This document shows, piece after piece, positions 25,700 through 39,053 of a DNA stretch of 64,000 bases (the stretch's first letter is position 1; each line of letters starts with the position of its first letter). Below the pieces are notes generated by a model. It had not been told where the DNA came from and did not search any database. It saw only the letters and a list, made by a program, of their open reading frames with translations. The stretch is from Antedon mediterranea (Eukaryota > Animalia > Echinodermata), in assembly GCF_964355755.1 (NCBI RefSeq), contig NC_092675.1, forward strand, positions 13,550,912 to 13,614,911. The letters are read 5' to 3'. Position numbers and translations under genes: made by a program.

Positions 25700-28600
25700 A
25701 GTGCTTAGAATAGCTTCAAATCGCATTTGGAGACGTTTTAGACCATTTTGTGATTTTCGAAAAAACTTGTTAACATAAAAACACCAAAGTGCTTAGAATA
25801 GCTTCAAATCGTATTTGGAGACGTTTTAGACCATTTTGAGATTTTCGAAAAAACTTGGCTACACAAAAACATCAAAGTGCTTAAAATCACATTATAAACC
25901 GTTTTAGACCATTTTGAGCATTTCGATAACACTTTTCACACAAAAACATCAAAGAGCACAAAATAGCTTAATATCGTATTTAAAAACGTTTTAGACCATT
26001 TTGAGCATTTCGACAAAACTTTTTCACACAAAACACCAAAGTGCTTAGAATAGCTTCAAATCGCATTTGGAGACGTTTTAGACCAATTTGTGCATTTCGA
26101 TGAAACTTGATTACACAAAAACATCAAAGTGCTTAAAATCACATTATAAACCGTTTTAGACCATTTTGAGCATTTCGATAACACTTTTCACACAAAAACA
26201 TCAAAGAGCACAAAATAGCTTAATATCGTATTTAAAAACGTTTTAGACCATTTTGAGCATTTAGAAAAAACTTTTTCACACAAAACACCAAAGTGCTTAG
26301 AATAGCTTCAAATCGCATTTGAAGACGTTTTAGACCATTTTGTGATTTTTGAAAAAACTTGTTAACATAAAAACACCAAAGTGCTTAGAATAGCTTCAAA
26401 TCACATTTGGAGATGTTTTAGACCATTTTGTGATTTTTGAAAAAACTTGTTAACATAAAAACACGAAAGTGCTTAGAATAGCTTCAAATCACATTTGGAG
26501 ACGTTTTAGACCATTTTGTGATTTTTGAAAAAACTTGTTAACATAAAAACACGAAAGTGCTTAGAATAGCTTCAAATCGCATTTGGAAACGTTTTAGACC
26601 ATTTTGTGATTTTCGAAAAAGATTGTTAACATAAAAACACCAATGTGCTTAGAATCACATTATAAACCGTTTTAGACCATTTTGAGCATTTCGATAACAA
26701 TTTTCACACAAAAACATCAAAGAGCACAAAATAGCTTAATATCGTATTTATAAATGTTTTAGACCATTTTGAGCATTTCGACAAAACTTTTTCACACAAA
26801 ACACCAAAGTGCTTAGAATAGCTTCAAATCGCATTTGGAGACGTTTTTTATACCATTTTGTGATTTCGATGAAACTTGATTACACAAAAACATCAAAGTG
26901 CTTAAAATCACATTATAAACCGTTTTAGACCATTTTGAGCATTTCGATAACACTTTTCACACAAAAACATCAAAGAGCACAAAATAGCTTAATATCGTAT
27001 TTAAAAACGTTTTAGACCATTTTGAGCATTTAGACAAAACTTTTTCACACAAACCACCAAAGTGCTTAGAATAGCTTCAAATCGCATTTGGAGACGTTTT
27101 AGAACATTTTGTGTTTTTCGAAAAAAACTGTTAACATAAAAACACCAAAGTGCTTAGAATAGCTTCAAATCGCATTTGGAGAAACTTGATTACACAAAAA
27201 CATCAAAGTGCTTAAAATCACATTATAAACCGTTTTAGACCATTTTGAGCATTTCGATAACACTTTTCACACAAAAACATCAAAGAGCACAAAATAGCTT
27301 AATATCGTATTTAAAAACGTTTTAGACCATTTTGAGCATTTCGACAAAACTTTTTCACACAAAACACCAAAGTGCTTAGAATAGCTTCAAATCGCATTTG
27401 GAGACGTTTTAGACCAATTTGTGCATTTCGATGAAACTTGATTACACAAAAACATCAAAGTGCTTAAAATCACATTATAAACCGTTTTAGACCATTTTGA
27501 GCATTTCGATAACACTTTTCACACAAAAACATCAAAGAGCACAAAATAGCTTAATATCGTATTTAAAAACGTTTTAGACCATTTTGAGCATTTAGACAAA
27601 ACTTTTTCACACAAAACACCAAAGTGCTTAGAATAGCTTCAAATCGCATTTGGAGACGTTTTAGACCATTTTGTGCATTTCGATGGAACTTGGTTACACA
27701 AAAACATCAAAGTGCTTAAAATCACATTATAATTCGTTTTAGACCATTTTGAGCATTTCGACAAAACTTTTTCACACAAAATACAAAAGTGCTTAGAATA
27801 GCTTCAAATCGCATTTGGAGACGTTTTAGACCATTTTGTGATTTTCGAAAAAACTTTTTAACATAAAAACACCAAAGTGCTTAGAATAGCTTCAAATCAC
27901 ATTTGGAGACGTTTTAGACCATTTTGTGATTTTCGAAAAAACTTGTTAACATAAAAACACGAAAGTGCTTAGAATAGCTTCAAATCGCATTTAGAAACGT
28001 TTTAGACCATTTTGTGATTTTCGAAAAAAATTGTTAACATAAAAACACCAAAGTGCTTAGAATCACATTATAAACCGTTTTAGACCATTTTGAGCATTTC
28101 GATAACAATTTTCACACAAAAACATCAAAGAGCACAAAATAGCTTAATATCGTATTTAAAAATGTTTTAGACCATTTTGAGCATTTAGATAAAACTTTTT
28201 CACACAAAACACCAAAGTGCTTAGAATAGCTTCAAATCGCATTTGGAGACGTTTTAGACCAATTTGTGATTTTTGAAAAAACTTGTTAACATAAAAACAC
28301 CAAAGTGCTTAGAATAGCTTCAAATCACATTTGGAGACGTTTTAGACCATTTTGTGATTTTGAACAAACTTGTTAACATAAAAACACCAAAGTGCTTAGA
28401 ATAGCTTCAAATCGCATTTGGAGACGTTTTAGACCATTTTGTGATTTTCGAAAAAACTTGTTAACATAAAAACACCAAAGTGCTTAGAATAGCTTCAAAT
28501 CGTATTTGGAGACGTTTTAGACCATTTTGAGATTTTCGAAAAAACTTGGTTACACAAAAACATCAAAGTGCTTAAAATCACATTATAAACCGTTTTAGAC

Positions 28601-30030
28601 CATTTTGAGCATTTCGATAACACTTTTCACACAAAAACATCAAAGAGCACAAAATAGCTTAATATCGTATTTAAAAACGTTTTAGACCATTTTGAGCATT
28701 TCGACAAAACTTTTTCACACAAAACACCAAAGTGCTTAGAATAGCTTCAAATCGCATTTGGAGACGTTTTAGACCAATTTATGCATTTCGATGAAACTTG
28801 ATTACACAAAAACATCAAAGTGCTTAAAATCACATTATAAACCGTTTTAGACCATTTTGAGCATTTCGATAACACTTTTCACACAAAAACATCAAAGAGC
28901 ACAAAATAGCTTAATATCGTATTTAAAAACGTTTTAGACCATTTTGAGCATTTAGAAAAAACTTTTTCACACAAAACACCAAAGTGCTTAGAATAGCTTC
29001 AAATCGCATTTGAAGACGTTTTAGACCATTTTGTGATTTTTGAAAAAACTTGTTAACATAAAAACACCAAAGTGCTTAGAATAGCTTCAAATCACATTTG
29101 GAGATGTTTTAGACCATTTTGTGATTTTTGAAAAAACTTGTTAACATAAAAACACGAAAGTGCTTAGAATAGCTTCAAATCACATTTGGAGACGTTTTAG
29201 ACCATTTTGTGATTTTTGAAAAAACTTGTTAACATAAAAACACGAAAGTGCATAGAATAGCTTCAAATCGCATTTGGAAACGTTTTAGACCATTTTGTGA
29301 TTTTCGAAAAAGATTGTTAACATAAAAACACCAATGTGCTTAGAATCACATTATAAACCGTTTTAGACCATTTTGAGCATTTCGATAACAATTTTCACAC
29401 AAAAACATCAAAGAGCACAAAATAGCTTAATATCGTATTTATAAATGTTTTAGACCATTTTGAGCATTTCGACAAAACTTTTTCACACAAAACACCAAAG
29501 TGCTTAGAATAGCTTCAAATCGCATTTGGAGACGTTTTTTATACCATTTTGTGATTTCGATGAAACTTGATTACACAAAAACATCAAAGTGCTTAAAATC
29601 ACATTATAAACCGTTTTAGACCATTTTGAGCATTTCGATAACACTTTTCACACAAAAACATCAAAGAGCACAAAATAGCTTAATATCGTATTTAAAAACG
29701 TTTTAGACCATTTTGAGCATTTAGACAAAACTTTTTCACACAAAACACCAAAGTGCTTAGAATAGCTTCAAATCGCATTTGGAGACGTTTTAGAACATTT
29801 TGTGTTTTTCGAAAAAAACTGTTAACATAAAAACACCAAAGTGCTTAGAATAGCTTCAAATCGCATTTGGAGAAACTTGATTACACAAAAACATCAAAGT
29901 GCTTAAAATCACATTATAAACCGTTTTAGACCATTTTGAGCATTTCGATAACACTTTTCACACAAAAAAATCAAAGAGCACAAAATAGCTTAATATCGTA
30001 TTTAAAAACGTTTTAGACCATTTTGAGCAT
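25700..30030 (+). repeat. ~1.65-kb block duplicated at offset 2,691 bp (about 25700-27340 and 28390-30030)
   Basis: TTAGAAAAAA (26261/28952), ACGTTTTTTATACC (26841/29532), the 30-bp deletion junction (27181/29872), TTTATAAATG and GAGATGTTTT are all paired at offset 2,691. Confidence 0.88.
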
Positions 30031-30351
30031 TTAGACAAAACTTTTTCACACAAAACACCAAAGTGCTTAGAATAGCTTCAAATCGCATTTGGAGACGTTT
30101 TAGACCATTTTGTGCATTTCGATGAAACTTGGTTACACAAAAACATCAAAGTGCTTAAAATCACATTATAAATCGTTTTAGACCATTTTGAGCATTTCGA
30201 CAAAACTTTTTCACACAAAATACCAAAGTGCTTAGAATAGCTTCAAATCGCATTTCGAGACGTTTTAGACCATTTTGTGATTTTCGAAAAAACTTTTTAA
30301 CATAAAAACACCAAAGTGCTTAGAATAGCTTCAAATCACATTTGGAGACAT

Positions 30352-33300
30352 TTTAGACCATTTTGTGATTTTCGAAAAAACTTGTTAACATAAAAACACG
30401 AAAGTGCTTAGAATAGCTTCAAATCGCATTTGGAAACGTTTTAGACCATTTTGTGATTTTCGAAAAAAATTGTTAACATAAAAACACCAAAGTGCTTAGA
30501 ATCACATTATAAACCGTTTTAGACCATTTTGAGCATTTCGATAACAATTTTCACACAAAAACATCAAAGAGCACAAAATAGCTTAATATCGTATTTAAAA
30601 ATGTTTTAGACCATTTTGAGCATTTAGATAAAACTTTTTCACACAAAACACCAAAGTGCTTAGAATAGCTTCAAATCGCATTTGGAGACGTTTTAGACCA
30701 TTTTGTGATTTTCGAAAAAACTTTTTAACATAAAAACACCAAAGTGCTTAGAATAGCTTCAAATCACATTTGGAGACGTTTTAGACCATTTTGTGATTTT
30801 CGAAAAAACTTGTTAACATAAAAACACGAAAGTGCTTAGAATAGCTTCAAATCGCATTTAGAAACGTTTTAGACCATTTTGTGATTTTCGAAAAAAATTG
30901 TTAACATAAAAACACCAAAGTGCTTAGAATCACATTATAAACCGTTTTAGACCATTTTGAGCATTTCGATAACAATTTTCACACAAAAACATCAAAGAGC
31001 ACAAAATAGCTTAATATCGTATTTAAAAACGTTTTAGACCATTTTGAGCATTTAGACAAAACTTTTTCACACAAAACACCAAAGTGCTTAGAATAGCTTC
31101 AAATCGCATTTGGAGACGTTTTAGACCATTTTGTGATTTTTGAAAAAACTTGTTAACATAAAAACACGAAAGTGCTTAGAATAGCTTCAAATCACATTTG
31201 GAGACGTTTTAGACCATTTTGTGATTTTTGAAAAAACTTGTTAATATAAAAACACGAAAGTGCTTAGAATAGCTTCAAATCGCATTTGGAAACGTTTTAG
31301 ACCATTTTGTGATTTTCGAAAAAGATTGTTAACATAAAAACACCAAAGTGCTTAGAATCACATTATAAACCGTTTTAGACCATTTTGAGCATTTCGATAA
31401 AAATTTTCACACAAAAACATCAAAGAGCACAAAAAGCTTAATATCGTATTTAAAAATGTTTTAGACCATTTTGAGCATTTAGATAAAACTTTTTCACACA
31501 AAACACCAAAGTGCTTAGAATAGCTTCAAATCGCATTTGGAGACGGTTTAGACCATTTTGTGATTTTGAAAAAACTTGTTAACATAAAAACACCAAAGTG
31601 CTTAGAATAGCTTCAAATCGCATTTGGAGACGTTCTAGACCATTTTGTGATTTTCGAAAAAACTTGTTAACATAAAAACACCAAAGTGCTTAGAAAAGCT
31701 TCAAATCGTATTTGGAGACGTTTTAGACCATTTTGAGATTTTCGAAAAAACTTGGTTACACAAAAACATCAAAGTGCTTAAAATCACATTATAAACCGTT
31801 TTAGACCATTTTGAGCATTTCGATAACACTTTTCACACAAAAACATCAAAGAGCACAAAATAGCTTAATATCGTATTTAAAAACGTTTTAGACCATTTTG
31901 AGCATTTCGACAAAACTTTTTCACACAAAACACCAAAGTGCTTAGAATAGCTTCAAATCGCATTTGGAGACGTTTTAGACCAATTTGTGCATTTCGATGA
32001 AACTTGATTACACAAAAACATCAAAGTGCTTAAAATCACATTATAAACCGTTTTAGACCATTTTGAGCATTTCGATAACACTTTTCACACAAAAACATCA
32101 AAGAGCACAAAATAGCTTAATATCGTATTTAAAAACGTTTTAGACCATTTTGAGCATTTAGACAAAACTTTTTCACACAAAACACCAAAGTGCTTAGAAT
32201 AGCTTCAAATCGCATTTGGAGACGTTTTAGACCATTTTGTGCATTTCGATGAAACTTGGTTACACAAAAACATCAAAGTGCTTAAAATCACATTATAAAT
32301 CGTATTAGACCATTTTGAGCATTTAGATAAAACTTTTTCACACAAAACACCAAAGTGCTTAGAATAGCTTCAAATCGCATTTGGAGACGTTTTAGACCAT
32401 TTTGTGATTTTTGAAAAAACTTGTTAACATAAAAACACCAAAGTGCTTAGAATAGCTTCAAATCACATTTGGAGACGTTTTAGACCATTTTGTGATTTTC
32501 GAAAAAACTTGTTAACATAAAAACACGAAAGTGCTTAGAATAGCTTCAAATCGCATTTGGAGACGTTTTAGACCATTTTGTGATTTTCGAAAAAACTTGT
32601 TAACATAAAAACACGAAAGTGCTTAGAATAGCTTCAAATCGCATTTGGAAACGTTTTAGACCATTTTGTGATTTTCGAAAAAAATTGTTAACATAAAAAC
32701 ACCAAAGTGCTTAGAATCACATTATAAACCGTTTTAGACCATTTTGAGCATTTCGATAACAATTTTCACACAAAAACATCAAAGAGCACAAAATAGCTTA
32801 ATATCGTATTTAAAAATGTTTTAGACCATTTTGAGCATTTAGATAAAACTTTTTCACACAAAACACCAAAGTGCTTAGAATAGCTTCAAATCGCATTTGG
32901 AGACGTTTTAGACCATTTTGTGATTTTCGAAAAAACTTTTTAACATAAAAACACCAAAGTGCTTAGAATAGCTTCAAATCACATTTGGAGACGTTTTAGA
33001 CCATTTTGTGATTTTCGAAAAAACTTGTTAACATAAAAACACGAAAGTGCTTAGAATAGCTTCAAATCGCATTTAGAAACGTTTTAGACCATTTTGTGAT
33101 TTTCGAAAAAAATTGTTAACATAAAAACACCAAAGTGCTTAGAATCACATTATAAACCGTTTTAGACCATTTTGAGCATTTCGATAACAATTTTCACACA
33201 AAAACATCAAAGAGCACAAAATAGCTTAATATCGTATTTAAAAACGTTTTAGACCATTTTGAGCATTTAGACAAAACTTTTTCACACAAAACACCAAAGT

Positions 33301-34518
33301 GCTTAGAATAGCTTCAAATCGCATTTGGAGACGTTTTAGACCATTTTGTGATTTTTGAAAAAACTTGTTAACATAAAAACACGAAAGTGCTTAGAATAGC
33401 TTCAAATCACATTTGGAGACGTTTTAGACCATTTTGTGATTTTTGAAAAAACTTGTTAATATAAAAACACGAAAGTGCTTAGAATAGCTTCAAATCGCAT
33501 TTGGAAACGTTTTAGACCATTTTGTGATTTTCGAAAAAGATTGTTAACATAAAAACACCAAAGTGCTTAGAATCACATTATAAACCGTTTTAGACCATTT
33601 TGAGCATTTCGATAAAAATTTTCACACAAAAACATCAAAGAGCACAAAAAGCTTAATATCGTATTTAAAAATGTTTTAGACCATTTTGAGCATTTAGATA
33701 AAACTTTTTCACACAAAACACCAAAGTGCTTAGAATAGCTTCAAATCGCATTTGGAGACGGTTTAGACCATTTTGTGATTTTGAAAAAACTTGTTAACAT
33801 AAAAACACCAAAGTGCTTAGAATAGCTTCAAATCGCATTTGGAGACGTTCTAGACCATTTTGTGATTTTCGAAAAAACTTGTTAACATAAAAACACCAAA
33901 GTGCTTAGAAAAGCTTCAAATCGTATTTGGAGACGTTTTAGACCATTTTGAGATTTTCGAAAAAACTTGGTTACACAAAAACATCAAAGTGCTTAAAATC
34001 ACATTATAAACCGTTTTAGACCATTTTGAGCATTTCGATAACACTTTTCACACAAAAACATCAAAGAGCACAAAATAGCTTAATATCGTATTTAAAAACG
34101 TTTTAGACCATTTTGAGCATTTCGACAAAACTTTTTCACACAAAACACCAAAGTGCTTAGAATAGCTTCAAATCGCATTTGGAGACGTTTTAGACCAATT
34201 TGTGCATTTCGATGAAACTTGATTACACAAAAACATCAAAGTGCTTAAAATCACATTATAAACCGTTTTAGACCATTTTGAGCATTTCGATAACACTTTT
34301 CACACAAAAACATCAAAGAGCACAAAATAGCTTAATATCGTATTTAAAAACGTTTTAGACCATTTTGAGCATTTAGACAAAACTTTTTCACACAAAACAC
34401 AAAAGTGCTTAGAATAGCTTCAAATCGCATTTGGAGACGTTTTAGACCATTTTGTGCATTTCGATGAAACTTGGTTACACAAAAACATCAAAGTGCTTAA
34501 AATCACATTATAAATCGT
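30352..34518 (+). repeat. Near-tandem duplication with a 2,215-bp period
   Basis: ATCGCATTTA (30851/33066), TTAATATAAA (31241/33456), CGTTCTAG (31631/33846) and CACAAAAAGCTT (1-bp deletion) are paired at offset 2,215. Ends are approximate. Confidence 0.88.
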
Positions 34519-37500
34519 TTTAGACCATTTTGAGCATTTCGACAAAACTTTTTCACACAAAATACAAAAGTGCTTAGAATAGCTTCAAATCGCATTTGGA
34601 GACGTTTTAGACCATTTTGTGATTTTCGAAAAAACTTTTTAACATAAAAACACCAAAGTGCTTAGAATAGCTTCAAATCACATTTGGAGACGTTTTAGAC
34701 CATTTTGTGATTTTCGAAAAAACTTGTTAACATAAAAACACGTGCTTTGAATAGCTTCAAATCGCATTTAGAAACGTTTTAGACCATTTTGTGATTTTCG
34801 AAAAAAATTGTTAACATAAAAACACCAAAGTGCTTAGAATCACATTATAAACCGTTTTAGACCATTTTGAGCATTTCGATAACAATTTTCACACAAAAAC
34901 ATCAAAGAGCACAAAATAGCTTAATATCGTATTTAAAAATGTTTTAGACCATTTTGAGCATTTAGATAAAACTTTTTCTCACAAAACACCAAAGTGCTTA
35001 AAATAGCTTCAAATCGCATTTGGAGACGTTTTAGACCATTTTGTGATTTTTGAAAAAACTTGTTAACATAAAAACACCAAAGTGCTTAGAATAGCTTCAA
35101 ATCACATTTGGAGACGTTTTAGACCATTTTGTGATTTTCGAAAAAACTTGTTAACATAAAAACACGAAAGTGCTTAGAATAGCTTCAAATCGCATTTGGA
35201 GACGGTTTAGACCATTTTGTGATTTTGAAAAAACTTGTTAACATAAAAACACGAAAGTGCTTAGAATAGCTTCAAATCGCATTTGGAAACGTTTTAGACC
35301 ATTTTGTGATTTTCGAAAAAAATTGTTAACATAAAAACACCAAAGTGTTTAGAATAGCTTCAAATCGCATTTGGAGACGTTTTAGACCTATTTGTGATTT
35401 TCGAAAAAACTTATCAACATAAAAACACCAAAGGGTTTAGAATAGCTTCAAATCGCATTTGGAGACGTTTTAGACCATTTTGTGATTTTGAAAAAACTTG
35501 TTAACATAAAAACACCAAAGTGCTTAGAATAGCTTCAAATCGTATTTGGAGACGTTTTAGACCATTTTGTGATTTTGAAAAAACTTGTTAACATAAAAAC
35601 ACCAAAGTGCTTAGAATAGCTTCAAATCGCATTTGGAGACGTTTTAGACCATTTTGTGATTTTCGAAAAAACTTGTTAACATAAAAACACCAAAGTGCTT
35701 AGAATAGCTTCAAATCGTATTTGGAGACGTTTTAGACCATTTTGAGATTTTCGAAAAAACTTGGTTACACAAAAACATCAAAGTGCTTAAAATCACATTA
35801 TAAACCGTTTTAGACCATTTTGAGCATTTCGATAACACTTTTCACACAAAAACATCAAAGAGCAAAAAATAGCTTAATATCGTATTTAAAAACGTTTTAG
35901 ACCATTTTGAGCATTTAGACAAAACTTTTTCACACAAAACACCAAAGTGCTTAGAATAGCTTCAAATCGCATTTGGAGACGTTTTAGAACATTTTGTGTT
36001 TTTCGAAAAAACTGTTAACATAAAAACACCAAAGTGCTTAGAATAGCTTCAAATCGCATTTGGAGACGTTTTAGAACATTTTGTGTTCTTCGAAAAAACC
36101 TGTTAACATAAAAACACCAAAGTGCTTAGAATAGCTTCAAATCGCATTTGGAGACGTTTTAGACCATTTTGTGATTTTTGAAAAAACTTGTTAACATAAA
36201 AACACCAAAGTGCTTAGAATAGCTTCAAATCACATTTGGAGACGTTTTAGACCATTTTGTGATTTTCGAAAAAACTTGTTAACATAAAAACACGAAAGTG
36301 CTTAGAATAGCTTCAAATCGCATTTGGAAACGTTTTAGACCATTTTGTGATTTTCGAAAAAGATTGTTAACATAAAAACACCAAAGTGCTTAGAATCACA
36401 ATATAAACCATTTTAGACCATTTTGAGCATTTCGATAACAATTTTCACATAAAAACATCAAAGAGCACAAAATAGCTTAATATCGTATTTAAAAATGTTT
36501 TAGACCATTTTGAGCATTTAGATAAAACTTTTTCACACAAAACACCAAAGTGCTTAGAATAGCTTCAAATCGCATTTGGAGACGGTTTAGACCATTTTGT
36601 GATTTTGAAAAAACTTGTTAACATAAAAACACCAAAGTGCTTAGAATAGCTTCAAATCGCATTTGGAGACGTTTTAGACCATTTTGTGATTTTCGAAAAA
36701 ACTTGTTAACATAAAAACACCAAAGTGCTTAGAATAGCTTCAAATCGTATTTGGAGACGTTTTAGACCATTTTGAGATTTTCGAAAAAACTTGGTTACAC
36801 AAAAACATAAAAGTGCTTAAAATCACATTATAAACCGTTTTAGACCATTTTGAACATTTCGATAACACTTTTCACACAAAAACATCAAAGAGCACAAAAT
36901 AGCTTAATATCGTATTTAAAAACGTTTTAGACCATTTTGAGCATTTCGACAAAACTTTTTCACACAAAACACCAAAGTGCTTAGAATAGCTTCAAATCGC
37001 ATTTGGAGACGTTTTAGACCAATTTGTGCATTTCGATGAAACTTGATTACACAAAAACATCAAAGTGCTTAAAATCACATTATAAACCGTTTTAGACCAT
37101 TTTGAGCATTTCGATAACACTTTTCACACAAAAACATCAAAGAGCACAAAATAGCTTAATATCGTATTTAAAAACGTTTTAGACCATTTTGAGCATTTAG
37201 ACAAAACTTTTTCACACAAAACACCAAAGTGCTTAGAATAGCTTCAAATCGCATTTGGAGACGTTTTAGACCATTTTGTGCATTTCGATGAAACTTGGTT
37301 ACACAAAAACATCAAAGTGCTTAAAATCACATTATAAATCGTTTTAGACCATTTTGAGCATTTCGACAAAACTTTTTCACACAAAATACCAAAGTGCTTA
37401 GAATAGCTTCAAATCGCATTTGGAGACATTTTAGACCATTTTGTGATTTTCGAAAAAACTTTTTAACATAAAAACACCAAAGTGCTTAGAATAGCTTCAA

Positions 37501-37956
37501 ATCACATTTGGAGACGTTTTAGACCATAAGTGCTTAGAATCACATTATAAACCGTTTTAGACCATTTTGAGCATTTCGATAACAATTTTAACACAAAAAC
37601 ATCAAAGAGCACAAAATAGCTTAATATCGTATTTAAAAATGTTTTAGACCATTTTGAGCATTTAGATAAAACTTTTTCACACAAAACACCAAAGTGCTTA
37701 GAATAGCTTCAAATCGCATTTGGAGACGTTTTAGACCAATTTGTGATTTTTGAAAAAACTTGTTAACATAAAAACACCAAAGTGCTTAGAATAGCTTCAA
37801 ATCACATTTGGAGACGTTTTAGACCATTTTGTGATTTTGAACAAACTTGTTAACATAAAAACACCAAAGTGCTTAGAATAGCTTCAAATCGCATTTGGAG
37901 ACGTTTTAGACCATTTTGTGATTTTCGAAAAAACTTGTTAACATAAAAACACCAAA

Positions 37957-39053
37957 GTGCTTAGAATAGCTTCAAATCGTATTTGGAGACGTTTTAGACC
38001 ATTTTGAGATTTTCGAAAAAACTTGGTTACACAAAAACATCAAAGTGCTTAAAATCACATTATAAACCGTTTTAGACCATTTTGAGCATTTCGATAACAC
38101 TTTTCACACAAAAACATCAAAGAGCACAAAATAGCTTAATATCGTATTTAAAAACGTTTTAGACCATTTTGAGCATTTCGACAAAACTTTTTCACACAAA
38201 ACACCAAAGTGCTTAGAATAGCTTCAAATCGCATTTGGAGACGTTTTAGACCAATTTGTGCATTTCGATGAAACTTGATTACACAAAAACATCAAAGTGC
38301 TTAAAATCACATTATAAACCGTTTTAGACCATTTTGAGCATTTCGATAACACTTTTCACACAAAAACATCAAAGAGCACAAAATAGCTTAATATCGTATT
38401 TAAAAACGTTTTAGACCATTTTGAGCATTTAGACAAAACTTTTTCACACAAAACACCAAAGTGCTTAGAATAGCTTCAAATCGCATTTGGAGACGTTTTA
38501 GACCATTTTGTGCATTTCGATGAAACTTGGTTACACAAAAACATCAAAGTGCTTAAAATCACATTATAAATCGTTTTAGACCATTTTGAGCATTTCGACA
38601 AAACTTTTTCACACAAAATACCAAAGTGCTTAGAATAGCTTCAAATCGCATTTCGAGACGTTCTAGACCATTTTGTGATTTTCGAAAAAACTTTTTAACA
38701 TAAAAACACCAAAGTGCTTAGAATAGCTTCAAATCACATTTGGAGACATTTTAGACCATTTTGTGATTTTCGAAAAAACTTGTTAACATAAAAACACGAA
38801 AGTGCTTAGAATAGCTTCAAATCGCATTTGGAAACGTTTTAGACCATTTTGTGATTTTCGAAAAAAATTGTTAACATAAAAACACCAAAGTGCTTAGAAT
38901 CACATTATAAACCGTTTTAGACCATTTTGAGCATTTCGATAACAATTTTCACACAAAAACATCAAAGAGCACAAAATAGCTTAATATCGTATTTAAAAAT
39001 GTTTTAGACCATTTTGAGCATTTAGATAAAACTTTTTCACACAAAACACCAAA
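37957..39053 (+). repeat. Representative 13-monomer HOR core (1,097 bp): E-B-C-D-B-C'-D2-F-H-A-A-B'-C''
   Basis: Monomer lengths sum to 1,097, matching monomer starts at 37957 and 39054. With six following A-like monomers it forms a 19-mer of 1,624 bp (diagnostic TCGT at 37977 and 39601). The same order recurs throughout the window. Confidence 0.88.
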
